A stretch of DNA of 64,000 nucleotides from Cladosporium halotolerans (taxonomy: Eukaryota). The translations under genes and the position numbers were made by a program. The stretch lies in NCBI RefSeq assembly GCF_011745625.1, contig NW_027191465.1, positions 1-64,000 on the forward strand, given 5' to 3'. Under the pieces are notes generated by a model. The model did not search any database and was not told where the DNA came from. It saw only the letters and a list, made by a program, of their open reading frames with translations. The first letter of the stretch is position 1, and each line of letters starts with the position of its first letter. Below, in pieces: positions 1-12,693 of this stretch.

Positions 1-103
1 CACATGACGCGACATGAATATGAACATAGATTTTTCCCACTGCACATGACATGAACATGGCAAAATTATTGGACATGACTGTCGGTGTACTCTCTGGACA
101 CTA

Positions 104-1874
104 GGCGTGTTCTTAGCCTTTATGGCTACTTTCCAGGCACCAGCCGTTTCTTCACTATCGCCCGGGCGCATGTGAAGAACGTTCGGCATCGTCCGAAACA
201 GCCCTGCCAGCTCGATAGGCTGATGTGTCGGGCCATCTTCTCCCATACCGATGGAGTCGTGTGTCGCCACATGAATGACTTGTAGTCGCTGCAGAGCGCC
301 CATTCTCACGCTTGGCGCAGCCCACAGGTAAAACATGAAGAACCTAATTGATGTTAGCAGTGCCCGTCACCACGAAATTGGCATTTGACTTACGTGGATG
401 TAATGGGGATAACCATGTTGGGGTGATAGGCGGCAAAACCGTTGGCAATGGCCGCCATTGCATGCTCACGGATACCGTAGTGGACATACCGTCCAGCGTA
501 GCTACCATCAGCAACACCATCTGCCTGGAAAGTCTGCTTCGACTTCCACGACATGTTGACGGACGGAGCCAAGTCAGCTGTACCGACCATGAAGCTTGGT
601 ACCTTCTCAGCAATTGGATTAAAAACCAGACCCGAAGAAGCACGGGTCGCGGTGGCTTTCTCTGGGAAGGTTGTGGGAATAAGAGATTCCCAGTCTTCTG
701 GGATCTCGCCGTTCAGGCGAGCTTGGAAGTGAGCACCAAGCTCTGGGTATTGCTTCTTGTAAGAATTGAGCAAGCTGTTCCACTCCTGAACCTGTTTCTC
801 GCCCTTTGCAGGCAGGTCGGAAAAGAACTCTCGGACTTCCTCGGGAATGACAAAATGCTCCTCCGGGTTGAAGGCGTAAGCCTTCTTCATGTTTGCTACA
901 TCGGCAGCACCGAAAGCGGCTCCATGGGCTACGGCTTGACCAGCAACAGCACTTCCAAGACCGATTATAGTTCGTACGTTGATGAAAGTCGGTTTGTCAC
1001 TTGTCTTCGCGCTGTGCAGGGCCCGTACAAGGGCAGGAACATCATAGCAGCCGTCCTCCACGTCGATTACTCGCCAGCCACACGCTTCCATCTTCTTGTT
1101 GACATCCTCAGTGTTCGTAATGTCGACTGTACCATCGCAAGTGATCTGGTTGTTGTCATAGATCACAGTGAGATTGTTCAGCTTCCAGTGGCCTGCGAGA
1201 GAAATGGCTTCCAGAGCGACGCCCTCTTGCAGACATGCATCGCCGACCATACACCAGATGTGATTCGATACAACGGGGAAGTTCTCACGATTGTAGGTTG
1301 CGCCGAGGTGTTTGCCAGCTGCTGCCATACCGACGGCATTTGAGATGCCTTGTCCAAGAGGGCCAGTAGTGACTTCGATTCCTTCATGCTCGATCTCCGG
1401 GTGACCAGGGCAAAGAGCGTCGTATCTCTTTGAGTGATAAGACTTCAATTGCTCAAAAGTCATGTCCTTATAGCCTGTCAAATGGAGAAAAGTGTATTGG
1501 AACAAGCATGTGTGACCGTTAGAGAGCACAAATCTGTCGCGGTTGAAGAAGTCCGGTGAATGAGGCGCATAGCGCATGGTGTATTTCCAAAGAGCTACGC
1601 CGATGGCTGCCATACCAATAGCACCGCTAGAAATCGTTAGCAATGCATGAGTCCCATGTACCGTCGTGACTTACCCAGGATGACCACCACCGAACTGTTG
1701 ACACAAATCGGCGATCAGTAGTCGGAAGCTCTGCAGAACGAGCGGGTGTTTGCTTTGTGCATCGTTCGTCGCGGTTTTTTCAATGATCTTGTCGGCAGCG
1801 ACGTTACCATAATCTGTGCTGCCATTCTGCGTTGCGTGAGAGACACCGTTCGTTGTGCCGTTGGAGACTGTCAT
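104..1874 (-). CDS. Transketolase / dihydroxyacetone synthase family; 5' portion only, homology breaks near position 103
   Basis: ATG 1874; introns 1627-1674 and 344-393 (GTAAGT..GCTAAC..TAG); motifs GGHPG, NRDRFVLSNGH, TTGPLGQG, GDACLQEG (TPP binding), YGIREHAM, THDSIGMGEDGPTHQPIE. Confidence 0.92.
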
Positions 1875-3149
1875 GATGGGCAACAGAAGAACGAAGAAAA
1901 GAGATGATGGTGCAAACGGCGTGGAGTCAAGGCAAATGAAAGAAAGGAGGACGAAGATACATGGATACCGGGAGGGGAGCTAATGTACTTAGCCAGCCAT
2001 CCAAGGGCGCATCGCCCACTGTAGAAATACCGCCATTGTCGAGAGGCCATATAAGGTAGGAAACTGAAGGACTTAGCTGGCACAGCAGGTGGAAGCGCTG
2101 TGAGGCCTGCGGGTCAGCGGCAATGCTTGCGAAATGCGGCAGTCCAAGCGCTGCTCCACGCCAGCGCATCTGCGCTTCGACCTGCACTGCTTCTATCGTT
2201 GAGCGTCGATGGAGCCCAGCTCTTCCGCCACAGGCGACCACCGCCGTCCTCAATCATGCGCCTGGCAAACCCTGCCACTTTCGGTCGAATTTGAGGTCGT
2301 TGGATCGGATATCCGAACGCGGTTGATTTACTGAGTCACCGCAGACACTGCGTCTATACAATACGTCATGTCAATAGAAGCTTCCAAGTCGGCATGCTGT
2401 TTGATTGAACTTCCATTCCATGTTCCGTTGCAGATACAATGTCAAGTTCGCCACTCAGTGGTCAGATCATGTTCACGGCTTGACCAAAACTCGGTAGATC
2501 AGACATATGATGAGAGCTTCCATTTGTCTCCGTAGTGATGACTTCTGCTGTCTCGTGCTAGCGGCTCGAGGAGTGGGCGAGTGAACATAGTCATCATCGA
2601 TCACTAACTTCTGGTGCGGGCTCTTGGTATTGCGTATGATTACGAGTATCCAAAAGTAGCCTTGTGCATTTCCAAGCAGATCAAGTGCATGGGGTTGCTG
2701 ACACGTAAGGGCCATGGGTCTCTGATTGTAGAGCATTGACCTGTCATGACAACAGAGAGGCCAGGGCTCTTCTGAGTAACTGCCTACGACTTGAATGATC
2801 ACCACGAAATGCTGGCGTTCCAATTCTTGTCCAGCGACGTGGACGCGATGGGATCTCAAGAGCGCGGTGGTTAATGCAGCGGACGGGTCAATTGGCCGGG
2901 TTCCCTCCGTCGATGAGGATGCAGGTGGGAGTCACTCCAGACGCCGTCCGGTGACGCGCGGCGGTTGCGCTCTTCAGGAACCCAAGGCTTAATTGTTTGT
3001 TCAGCAATCGTGTTCATCGACCGGTGCGTACTCGCGCGCCACGGCGCTGCTCACGACTCACGGCCCTCACGGTGACATGGCCATGTTTATCACATGCAGC
3101 CAGTGCCAGGGCTTTGCGATGTGTAATCCCATAACCTCCTTCGATGTTT

Positions 3150-3824
3150 TCACTTCACATTCCCGATATTTCTCGGCACTGCGCCTCCAGCAACAGCATT
3201 CGTGCCCGCAGCCTCACTCAGAAGCTTTCCATTGCCAACACCTCTCGATCCTCCAAACTTCCCAAAAACCCTCATGGCCGGTAGCACACTCCACTTGGCA
3301 AACCAAGGCGTCGCCCAAACACTGAGCACCAATCTGACCGGCAGCAAAACCTTCGTGACAGCCCACGCAGTCGCAAGCTCCACGACAAGCCTCACACCTC
3401 CTTCTCCCACACCCCACCAACCAGCAGCATTCCCTCCACCCTCAGCACCAGTAGCCAGCCTTCCCCTCTCCTCATCATCAATCCAGCCCTTCCGCCTCGC
3501 ATACCGCCCGAACTTCTCTACGCCCTCCTTTACCAGCTCGCCCTCGGCGAACCAGCTCGGCAGCCAATCGAAATAGTGGAACGCGGCCGTCAAACCGAGC
3601 AGTGGCACGACAGCCGTGATTTCGTGCAAAAGGAGGAAGGCGGTGATGTGCGAGACGGGAGCGGAGCGCAGGGGGGTCGTGTAGCGGCGGAGGAAAGGTG
3701 GGAGGCGAGACTCAAGGCGCGAGATGCGGGATTGGGATTGGGCGGTGCTTGTTGATGAGAGGCGGAAATGGTGAGGTTTGCGGAGGCCATGCTGCCTGAG
3801 GATGGCGAGTGGACGAGACAGCAT
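3150..3824 (-). CDS. MRX11: Mitochondrial FLILHELTA-family (Mrx11-like) membrane protein
   Basis: Motif AFLLLHEITAVVPL; Arg/Ser-rich presequence-like N-terminus from ATG 3824; C-terminal KVLLPVRLVLSVWATPWFA. Confidence 0.75.
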   Translation of the reverse strand: MLSRPLAILRQHGLRKPHHFRLSSTSTAQSQSRISRLESRLPPFLRRYTTPLRSAPVSHITAFLLLHEITAVVPLLGLTAAFHYFDWLPSWFAEGELVKEGVEKFGRYARRKGWIDDEERGRLATGAEGGGNAAGWWGVGEGGVRLVVELATAWAVTKVLLPVRLVLSVWATPWFAKWSVLPAMRVFGKFGGSRGVGNGKLLSEAAGTNAVAGGAVPRNIGNVK

Positions 3825-4278
3825 GGCGCAGGTAGGCTGGAGGGTAGGACGTAAAAGTCGTGTGAAGGTGGACAACCTAGTTCATTGGGTCGTTCATCTG
3901 GGCCGAAGTCCGGAAGTCTTGGCGGGGCATGTCTTCACGTCGGTGGTAACGGAGACGCGTCACAGGTCTCTTGAATTATGATGTGCTCACGGAGAAAAGT
4001 AGCAAGATGCGATGTGAGAATGGACTGTTAGAGTCATAACAATATCCCTCATACAACAAAAGCGCTAAGTAGAACACGGGATATCAAAAAGCAGCCCGGG
4101 TAGTACAATCTCCCATCCTCGCCACGGCAAGGAACAGTAGTTCCTGGAACAAGACCTGTCTATTCTCTTGTACGCGCCATATGCTTGCAACAGACTTCTT
4201 CAAAAAATTCGACTACAGCCTGCTTCAGCCCATGTAGTGATTGCTGCCCCTCTGTAACAAAATCGTACCAAAATCGGT

Positions 4279-6509
4279 CTACTGAACCTGGCTGACAATC
4301 TCGCTCGCTCTCGACAGACTCTCGACCATCTGCTGGCATTCCTTGCGCCTGCGGACGGTGTAGTCGGACTCTTGGAGAAGGTTGTCCATGTCCTGCTGCC
4401 TGTACATCTGCTCGAGCAGCTCGCGCTGCATGTCGTCCTTGGTCAATCTGTGCAATCTGTTAGCTTCTTCACTCCCCACTTTGCTTCATAACGACAGCAG
4501 AGCTCAAACTTACTGCACGAGGTTAAGCATGATAGCTTTAGGCACCATGTCGATCATGGTTCGCCTGACAATGTTGTAGTAGCTGGTAATGAGGAGCTTG
4601 ATGACTTCAACTTCCTGTGTCTCCTTTTCGCTCAGGGTGCCGGAAGCCTTCAGAGTTGGCGGAGGTGCCTCCATGGCTGCCATCTTCTTCTTGTTCTTGC
4701 TAGCGAAGAAAGAACCAAAGAACCCAGAGCCATCCTGTCCATTCATGTCCAGACTGGGACTCGCGCTCCTAGTCGGGCCTGCGCCTGGAGGAAGGGGCTT
4801 GCCGGTCTTGGGGTCGACCTGTACTGGCTTAGAAGCGTTGTGGCGCTCGTTCACGATGGCCATGGCACGGTGGCCGTTGAGGAAATCGGGATGACCAGTG
4901 TTGACATAGCAGGCCTCCATCGAGACGAGATCCTTGACAAGCTTGTTGGTAGGGTCCATGGCTTTCTTAAAGAAAGAGATCACGACGCCATGGAAGCGCT
5001 CCTTCAGCTGGGGATATCTGCGGAACAAGGGCTTGTTGAGAAGCTGGCTAAGGATGCGGACAAGCTCATCGTAGACGAGTGACACACACTTCAGTGAAGG
5101 CTCCTCTAGACGCTTAATCTGCTGCTTGACGATAAGCTCGAAAGCCATCGTGCCGACGAAAAGAGCGGGTGAAGAGCCTGACGAGTTGTAGAGGATTGTG
5201 CGGATGTCGATGTCTTTGACCTGGTCAAACGGATCGACCGCCTTGATACCGTTGGAGTAAAGCTCGTGGTAGACAAATGAGATACGAGCACCTCCTGACA
5301 GCTCGATAGAAGAAAGCTCGGTGTTGTTGCCCTCCAAGACGGTTCGGTACTCGTTCGAGAATTCCGTGATGATGTTGAGGACGATGTTGGCGCTGTTGCC
5401 GAGCATACTATCGCCGAGCTGCGAAAGCTCAGCACCGTACTTCTGCAGCGACGCCTGAATTCTAGCCTTGATATCGGGCAGAGTCTGTTTAATGTGCATC
5501 ATGAGGATCAGGTTGAGTTTCCGGGCGAGGTACGGAGTACCACAGTATGACGCCTTGTTACGGTACGCGCGGTGATTCTCGAAGAAGTTCTTCTCGGCCT
5601 CCAGCGCAGAAGAAATCGCCCTCTTGTTCTCAATATCCCTCTGTCCTCTGTTGACAACCGGAACGTATCCCAGTCTCAAGGGAATGATCCTGCCCGCAAG
5701 AATGTCCACAACGTCTGTACCCTCGTCCATCAAGTCGACCTTCGTAAGCACACCGATTGTCCTCTGACCTTCCGGATCCACTTCTCTTGCCAGCTTCAGA
5801 CCATCCGAGTTCGCCAAATCTGTGTTCGCAGCTGTCACGGCAAGCATGATCGCATTGGGCTTGCTGATCTGCTTCAGCACCATCTCCCTAATCTGCCTCT
5901 CGATGTCGCGGGGCTGGTCGCCAACCGGCACCTTGGTCAGACCAGGCAAATCCACGAGTGTGAGGGTGAGCACATTGGGCGAGTAGATGCGCAAGTTGAT
6001 CGGGGCGGGTGAGATGCCAGCGTTGCGGCCAGTCTTGCTCTCTGTCTCCTTGACGATCTCATCGCGGATCTTGTTGAAATCGTAGAACTTCTGGCCAGGA
6101 ATGTGCAGGAATTCGCCCCACTCATCGGTGTTGCTAGCAGCGTCGGTGGTCTTGATCTCGTTGTCGCCGTTCGGCTCACCGTTCTCTTGCTTGTTGCTGG
6201 AGGCGGCCCGGTTAATGAGCTGCAGCACGAGCGGCCGGCGAGTGACGATACCAGTGCCTCGGGGCAGGAAGTCGCGGCCGACAATGTTCTCGAGTACGGA
6301 GGATTTGCCGCTGGATTGTGATCCGACTACGACAATCTGAGGCAGGTCGATGGGGTTCTGGACGCCGACAGTGGTGAAGACATCCTGCAGCTTGTTGACG
6401 AGTGTGATAAGGCCAGGGTCGTTCACGTTGATCCTGCGCTTCATCAGTCTGGGCTTTATGCGGTCCGCATTCCTATTGTATCCTACGCATTAGGGTTTGT
6501 TTGAGCCAT
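4279..6509 (-). CDS. VPS1: Dynamin-like GTPase Vps1
   Basis: G1 [17 protein letters not shown], middle and GED domains; introns 6434-6486 and 4448-4513. Confidence 0.96.
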
Positions 6510-7036
6510 CTTAGGCCGCTCTCCTGATAGCACTCCGTCCACGTAAGATCTGGTCTCTAACCGAGCGCGCTGTCAGGCTCTGGGGGAGATGTCGCAAGGA
6601 TAGTGTTGTGAGATACTGCGACGGCTGGGGGCAGGCAGCGGTGATGTGGTGGTGGGTGGGTTTATTCTTCTGCCTGCGACAGTTGGGCCTTGAGCATGCG
6701 CGCAGCGACGTATACACGCCAAGCTGTGGCTCAGCAAGCGCGAGCGAGCCAGTCCGAGCGCCACGCAAGGGTTCAATCGTCGTCACCCCTCCGCCAGCCT
6801 TCATCATCCCCACACTCTGCTGAGGAAAGCGGGTATGTAGCGGCTCGCATCTCAGCATGGGATTGCAGCATGAAAGCATCCCAGAGTAATAACATCAGGA
6901 ACATATGGTCAATAACCGAATGCTACATGTGAATGTAGACTTCCCTGAGACAGTCTATTGATCGCTATGTACGGCGCCGCAAATCACACGCCCAGAACAA
7001 AACATAACAACTGGAAACATCAATACCGTACATCCC

Positions 7037-8966
7037 CTACTCGTCCATCACGCTCGCAAACTTCTCGTTCATCTGTTGCAGCAGCTGCTCGTACTTCTTG
7101 CCGATAGCCTCCTCACCCTCACTGGGCAGCTCGAACTTCATGCTACGCAGCTGGGTCTGAATGTCGGCAGTCGCCTCGCGCACCTTGGACCAGTTCTGGC
7201 CTTGCGAGATGGCCTTTTGGCTCTCGTCATGGAAAGCCATCATGTTCTTCATCATCCACGAAGTCTTCCACAGCGGGCAGTATTGGTCGTAGTCCGAGTA
7301 ACCGTTCTGCTGCAGGAAGTCCTCCTTAATGAGTGTTGCCACGTCCAGGGTAATCTTGTCGCTGTCGCCAAGAGCAGACTTGCCGACCAGCTGCACGACT
7401 TGGTCGAGATCCTCAGAGGTGGTAAGAAGCTCCTTGATCCTGTTGGACAGGACAGGGAAATCGGGCGCTTCCTTCTGGTAGAACGGCTGAAGCGAGGTGA
7501 GGTACTTGGTGTAAGAGGCCGAGGTGTTGATCGAAGGGAAATGCTTGCGCTGAGCGAGCTTCTTGTCGAGACCCCAGAAAACCTGGACGATACCAAGAGT
7601 GGAGGTGGTGACAGGGTCAGAGAAGTCACCACCGGGAGGGCTGACGGCGCCGACAATGGAGACGGATCCGTTCCTGTCGGGCGAGCCGAGAGCAGTGACG
7701 CGGCCGGCACGCTCGTAGAAAGAGGCCAGCTTGGCACCGAGGTAGGCGGGGAAACCCTGGTCAGCAGGCATCTCACCGAGACGACCAGAAATCTCACGAA
7801 GAGCCTCAGCCCAGCGGGAGGTCGAGTCAGCCATCATGGCGACGTCCTTGCCCTGATCACGGAAGTATTCGGCGACGGTGATACCAGTGTAGATGGAAGC
7901 CTCACGGGCAGCCACGGGCATATTAGAGGTGTTGGCGATCAAGCATGTACGCTTCATGATGGGCTCTTTGCGGCCTTCGACGTCAATAGTGAGCTGTGCG
8001 TGGGGATGTTAGCATGTGCTGCAAACTATGTTTCGAAGATGAAGCTCACCTCGGGGAAATCCATCAAGACTTCGGCCATCTCGTTTCCTCGCTCTGATGA
8101 CAGTGTTAGCAAACGTTGCAGAGCGCGCGTCCAGGAGAGAGTAACATACCGCCACAGCCAACATACACAATGATATCACTGTTCGAGAACTTGGACACAG
8201 ACTGAGAGATGACAGTCTTGCCGCAGCCGAAAGCACCGGGGATACAGACAGTACCACCCTGGACAGACGGGAAGAGAGCGTCGAGCACACGCTGGCCAAC
8301 GATGAAAGGCTCGGAAGAGGAAAGCTTGTCCGTAGTCGGGCGCGGGACACGCACCGGCCATTCGTGCATCATGCTGTACTCACTCTTCTTGCCCTCGAAC
8401 TCGATCTCCAGGATGTTGGTGTCGACGGTGTAGGAGCCCTTCTTTGGCATCTTGGTGATGGTACCGCGAGCGCGCGGAGGCAGCAGAATGCGGTGGACAT
8501 TCAGCAAGCTGTTCTCCCAGACGGTACCGAAGCAGTCACCACCAGTGATGTGGTCACCCTCCTTGAACTGGTCGCTGGGGGTGAACTCCCACTTCTTCTC
8601 GCGGTCCAGACTGGGCACGTCAATGCCTCTGGGGATGTAAATGCTACCGCTCTCGTTGCTGATGCCCTTGAGCGGACGCTGAATACCATCGTAGATCGTC
8701 TCCATGAGACCAGGGCCGAGCTCAACGGACAGAGGCTTGCCAGTGCGCACGACGGGGTCGCCCACCGTGATACCAGCGGTCTCCTCGTAGACCTGGATGG
8801 TAGCCTTGTCGGCATCGATGCGGATGACCTCGCCGACGAGCTGCTCGTTTCCAACCTTGCAAAGCTCGTACATGGCGCATCCGATCATGTTCTCGGCGAT
8901 AATGACGGGACCGGAGATGGAGAAGATGGAGCCATGCTCCTGTTCCTCGGGGCCCTTGGAACCCAT
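7037..8966 (-). CDS. VMA1: V-type H+-ATPase catalytic subunit A, intein-less; the frame is open 156 codons further upstream
   Basis: P-loop [48 protein letters not shown]; introns 8094-8149 and 7994-8049. Confidence 0.97.
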
Positions 8967-9522
8967 TGTGGCGGGAGGTGTTTGTTGTTTCTTGGGACGC
9001 GGGGTTGGCTGGTCCAAATACTCTTCCTCCGACTCTTCAATGACAGGATCCGGGGTGTGTATCGACGAGGCAGCTGGACTGGCGGGGAGGGCTATATCAA
9101 AGGGCGCGGGAAAGCGAGGCGTGTGCGGGCGCTGCGGTTCGTCGTCTGGACTGTCGTCGGGGGAGTCGATCTGCGACCGTGAGACGGGGCGGGTCGGCGA
9201 AGTCCTTGAGGTGGCGGCAATGAGATCGAGAAAGGAAGGTCTCGATCGCAGTTGAGGTCGTGGACGGAGGCCGAGCATGTACCAGCTGGTGGCAGTAGTG
9301 GATGTCCAGCTCGCGAGGCGCTGGGAGCTTCGGCTTCGGCTTGGCCCCGTCGCTGCTGCGTGTGACGAAGCTGGGTTGGCACGTGCGTCTCGCTTTGATT
9401 TGATTGATGCTTTATGTTTATTACTGAACAACATTGACTCAAGTAATTGAACTCTTCTTCATGCCTGTGATGCATTTACTTGGAGCACTTATAAATGTTC
9501 GACTTCGATTGAACGTTCGACA

Positions 9523-10792
9523 CTATAACTTCGATCTTCCCACTTTCTCAACAGATTCCAATCCTCCCTCCCGCACGTCATAATGCCTACCTCTACTCCA
9601 TCCCATCCATTGCGCAAGAACTTCTTCTCCACCAGCTCCCGGCCTTAATCCCTTTGTCGTCCAACCACTACCTTCGATTCCAATGCCTTGCCCCTCAGCG
9701 GCAGGTCTGCCCTCGGCCTCGCCATCCTGGATGGCATACCCCGGGGAGCTCTTCAAAGTAACGATAGGCCTCTGATCGAACCCAGCCTTCTCAAGCTCCG
9801 CCTGCTCGAAGACTGGCGTGCAACAAGCGTCGGTACCGTCGAAGATACCTTCCCACTCATCCCTCGTCCTAGACTTGAAAGTCTTCCTAAACAACTCTCG
9901 CATCGCGGGCCAAGTCCGTCTGTCATCCCTCTTCCCGCCTATACGTTTCGCCTCAATTCCCATTCCTTTCAACAATGCAGCGAAGAACTGCGGCTCTAGT
10001 GCACCGACAGCCATAAATCTCCCGTCCTTTGTCTCATACGTGTCGTAGTACGGGCATCCTCCATCGAGCACATTTGTCCCTCTCTCCCCGTTCCACATGG
10101 GCGTCTTGGCAGAGAATCTCGGCATGCTCGCCATGAACGAGCTGCCGTCAACCATGTTGGCTTCCACAACCTGCCCGAGACCCGTTTTCTCGCGCTGCAG
10201 CAATGCGAGCAGGATCCCCATGAAGCAAACCCCGCCTCCACCAGCAAAGTCACCAACGATGTTGCCCGGCGCGTATGGCTTATCGCCCGCTCGGCCGAGC
10301 ATGCTCAGCACACCCGCGACAGCGATGTAGTTGATATCGTGTCCGGCCATATCCTTGTATTTCCCATCTCGCCTAAAACCGGTCATGCGCGCCACGATCA
10401 GCCGCGGGTTGAGTTTCAACAACAGAGCGGGATCGAGGCCGGACTTCTCCAGCACGCCAGGTCGGAAGGGATCGATGAGGATGTCGATGCGTGGGATTAA
10501 GGTCTTAATCAACGCTAGTCCAGAAGGCGACTTGAGGTTCACGGCGATTGAGCTCTTGCGGCGGGTGAGCTGGTCGGCTGTCGGAGGCGGTGGGCTTGGT
10601 GTGTGTGCAGAGGGGTGGGCACGGTCGATTCGCAGTACCGTGGCGCCAAAATCTGCTAGGAGGAGGCCTGCAAAAGGGCCTGGGCATTGTGAGACAGAAG
10701 TATGCGTAGAAGGTGGTGGAGGGGATCATACCTGGCGCGAGTCCCGCGAACTCCAGCACACGTAGACCATGAAGAGGCGGTGATTGTGTCAT
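9523..10792 (-). CDS. CoA-transferase family III (CaiB/BaiF; alpha-methylacyl-CoA racemase-like), peroxisomal
   Basis: [37 protein letters not shown]; intron 10680-10731; C-terminal SKL (PTS1). Confidence 0.92.
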
Positions 10793-11367
10793 TTTGACCA
10801 GAATTTTTGGTTTTTCTATGGCATAAGAGCCATAAGATGAGAGCAGTCTACATGATCACGTCTTGTACTGCGCCGAAAGACACAGTCTAGGGGCGAGGGG
10901 AGAGCTGAATGCATTAGAGGGACTTAGCCGCGGCAAAACAGAAGCTCAGCTCGTCCACGGCGTCTTCTCCACAGAACGTTGGACCGAGACATCCCCATCA
11001 CCTCACAATTGCGGAGGTGAAAGTCAAGAGCTTGCAGACACACTGAAGGGAGTCGACAGTATCCTAGTCTGGTATTGTTTGGCAGAGGTTCAAGTCTACA
11101 GCTCACGACGCGTCTGAAGGATTCCCTTCCTTCGTGCGTCATAGCAGCGTCCAGTCTGTCTGTCTGCTGCCTACACTACTCTGCACTAAAGCGAACGGTC
11201 AGTCGAAGCTCTTTCTCAGATGTAGGTACTTATCTCGGCTCCCATTCTATGGTTTACGATTTCTTCCATTACCGCCATCGTCCACATTCCATCAGTTGGC
11301 GAAATAGCCAGACCTCTGCTTGCCGTTCCCAACATTGAAATCTATACGCCCAACCTCTACGCCCAAC

Positions 11368-12614
11368 ATGATTTCCATCGAGACCAAGGGAAACTTTTTC
11401 TATCAAGGAGACGAGAGAGTATGGCCATTCAACGTATTTGACCATATCTCCTCGTAGGCTGACCGGAACAGTTCCTCATCAAAGGTGTCACGTACACACC
11501 CAGGAAACCCCACGTCCGCCCATTTACCGAGGAAGCATACATCGACCCGTTGAGCGAGGAATGGCTGCCGGAGCTACGGAAAGACATTCCATACTTCCAT
11601 GAGCTGGGCATCAACTCGATATTTATCTGCCATTCCGACACAACGAAAGCACCGGACGCCGCTTTGAAAGTCTTACAGGATGCAGGCATCTACGTTCTGC
11701 TGGAAATCTTTACAAACGTCATGAAGCGTGTTCCCTTCAGTGTTGATCTTTCGGACACGGAAGAAGAACTCGACATGGCACGTCTGTACTCACAAAGCAT
11801 TGTCCGCAGAAACCTTTTCCTCGTCGACCAAACCGCCAAATTTCTTAACGTGCTCGGCTACTCTGTGTCCATGACCGGACTCAATGGAAGGGGCGAGACA
11901 CGTCTGGCTGCTGTTTGCAGAGCCGCAGTCCGCGACGTGAAGCAGTACCTTCATCTGCGTGGCGGGCGTACGATCCCAGTTGGCATGAACTTCTCTGTCA
12001 TTCAGGGCCCAACCAGGCAAGCGGCACCGCGTTTCATGGCGGCAGGTGCTCCCGAAGAGAGGGTAGACTTCTGCTCGTTTGGCGTTTACGACTGGGTAGG
12101 ACCATCAAGCTTCCAAATATCGGGCTACAACTCGATGGTAGAGTCCCTGGGGCAGTTGCCAGTGCCCATGTTCTTCAACCAGTACGGTGCTGCTGTCGGG
12201 AGGAGCCGTGTCCTCGACGAAGTCGAATGTCTGTTATCTCCTGACATGACGGGCGTGTTCAGTGGTGGTTTTTTCCAAACATATGCCTACACTGATCCAA
12301 AGCGAGACCGCAAAACCAGTGTTGATGAAGATGGTGATGACGAGGAAGATTTTGAGGTACCCGGGGGCTACGATTTAGTCAATGTCACCGAGGATGGGAC
12401 GAGAGCACCGAAAGCAGACTTCCAGAGGTACAAGGAACGACTTGCGTCTGTTTCCAGCAAAACGTCAGAGCAAGTGATCGGTCAGCATGAGAGGAAACAT
12501 TATGAAGATTGGCGAGGAGTCTTCAACAATGCACCTGGGGTGGGGGCGAACGGTTGGCTCGCACAGCTTGGCGACGTACCGCCTTTCCCACTCGAGTGGA
12601 GTCAAGTCCTTTAG
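11368..12614 (+). CDS. Divergent GH72 (Gas/Gel beta-1,3-glucanosyltransferase)-like protein lacking a signal peptide and both catalytic Glu
   Basis: IETKGNFFYQGDER|FLIKGVTY, DIPYFHELGINSI, AAVRDVKQYL, IPVG, YDWVGPSSFQISGY, MTGVFSGG; intron 11419-11471. Confidence 0.8.
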
Positions 12615-12693
12615 CGACAAAATTAGGATCGAGCGCAAGAATAGTTCAAGAAAAGTTGATTGCAATTACGAGCGACTAACAGATCAAAAATTG

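Noticed and set aside
348..1343. 331-aa plus-strand ORF
   Set aside because: Antisense shadow of the transketolase; no motifs of its own
1900..3100. Short ORFs upstream of the transketolase
   Set aside because: No family motifs; consistent with promoter or intergenic DNA
8100..8200. VMA1 intein
   Set aside because: YVGCG joins ERGNEM after removing a 56-nt intron; no intein or LAGLIDADG sequence
7076..9182. Long plus-strand ORFs (365 and 272 aa)
   Set aside because: Antisense to VMA1; expected from strong codon bias
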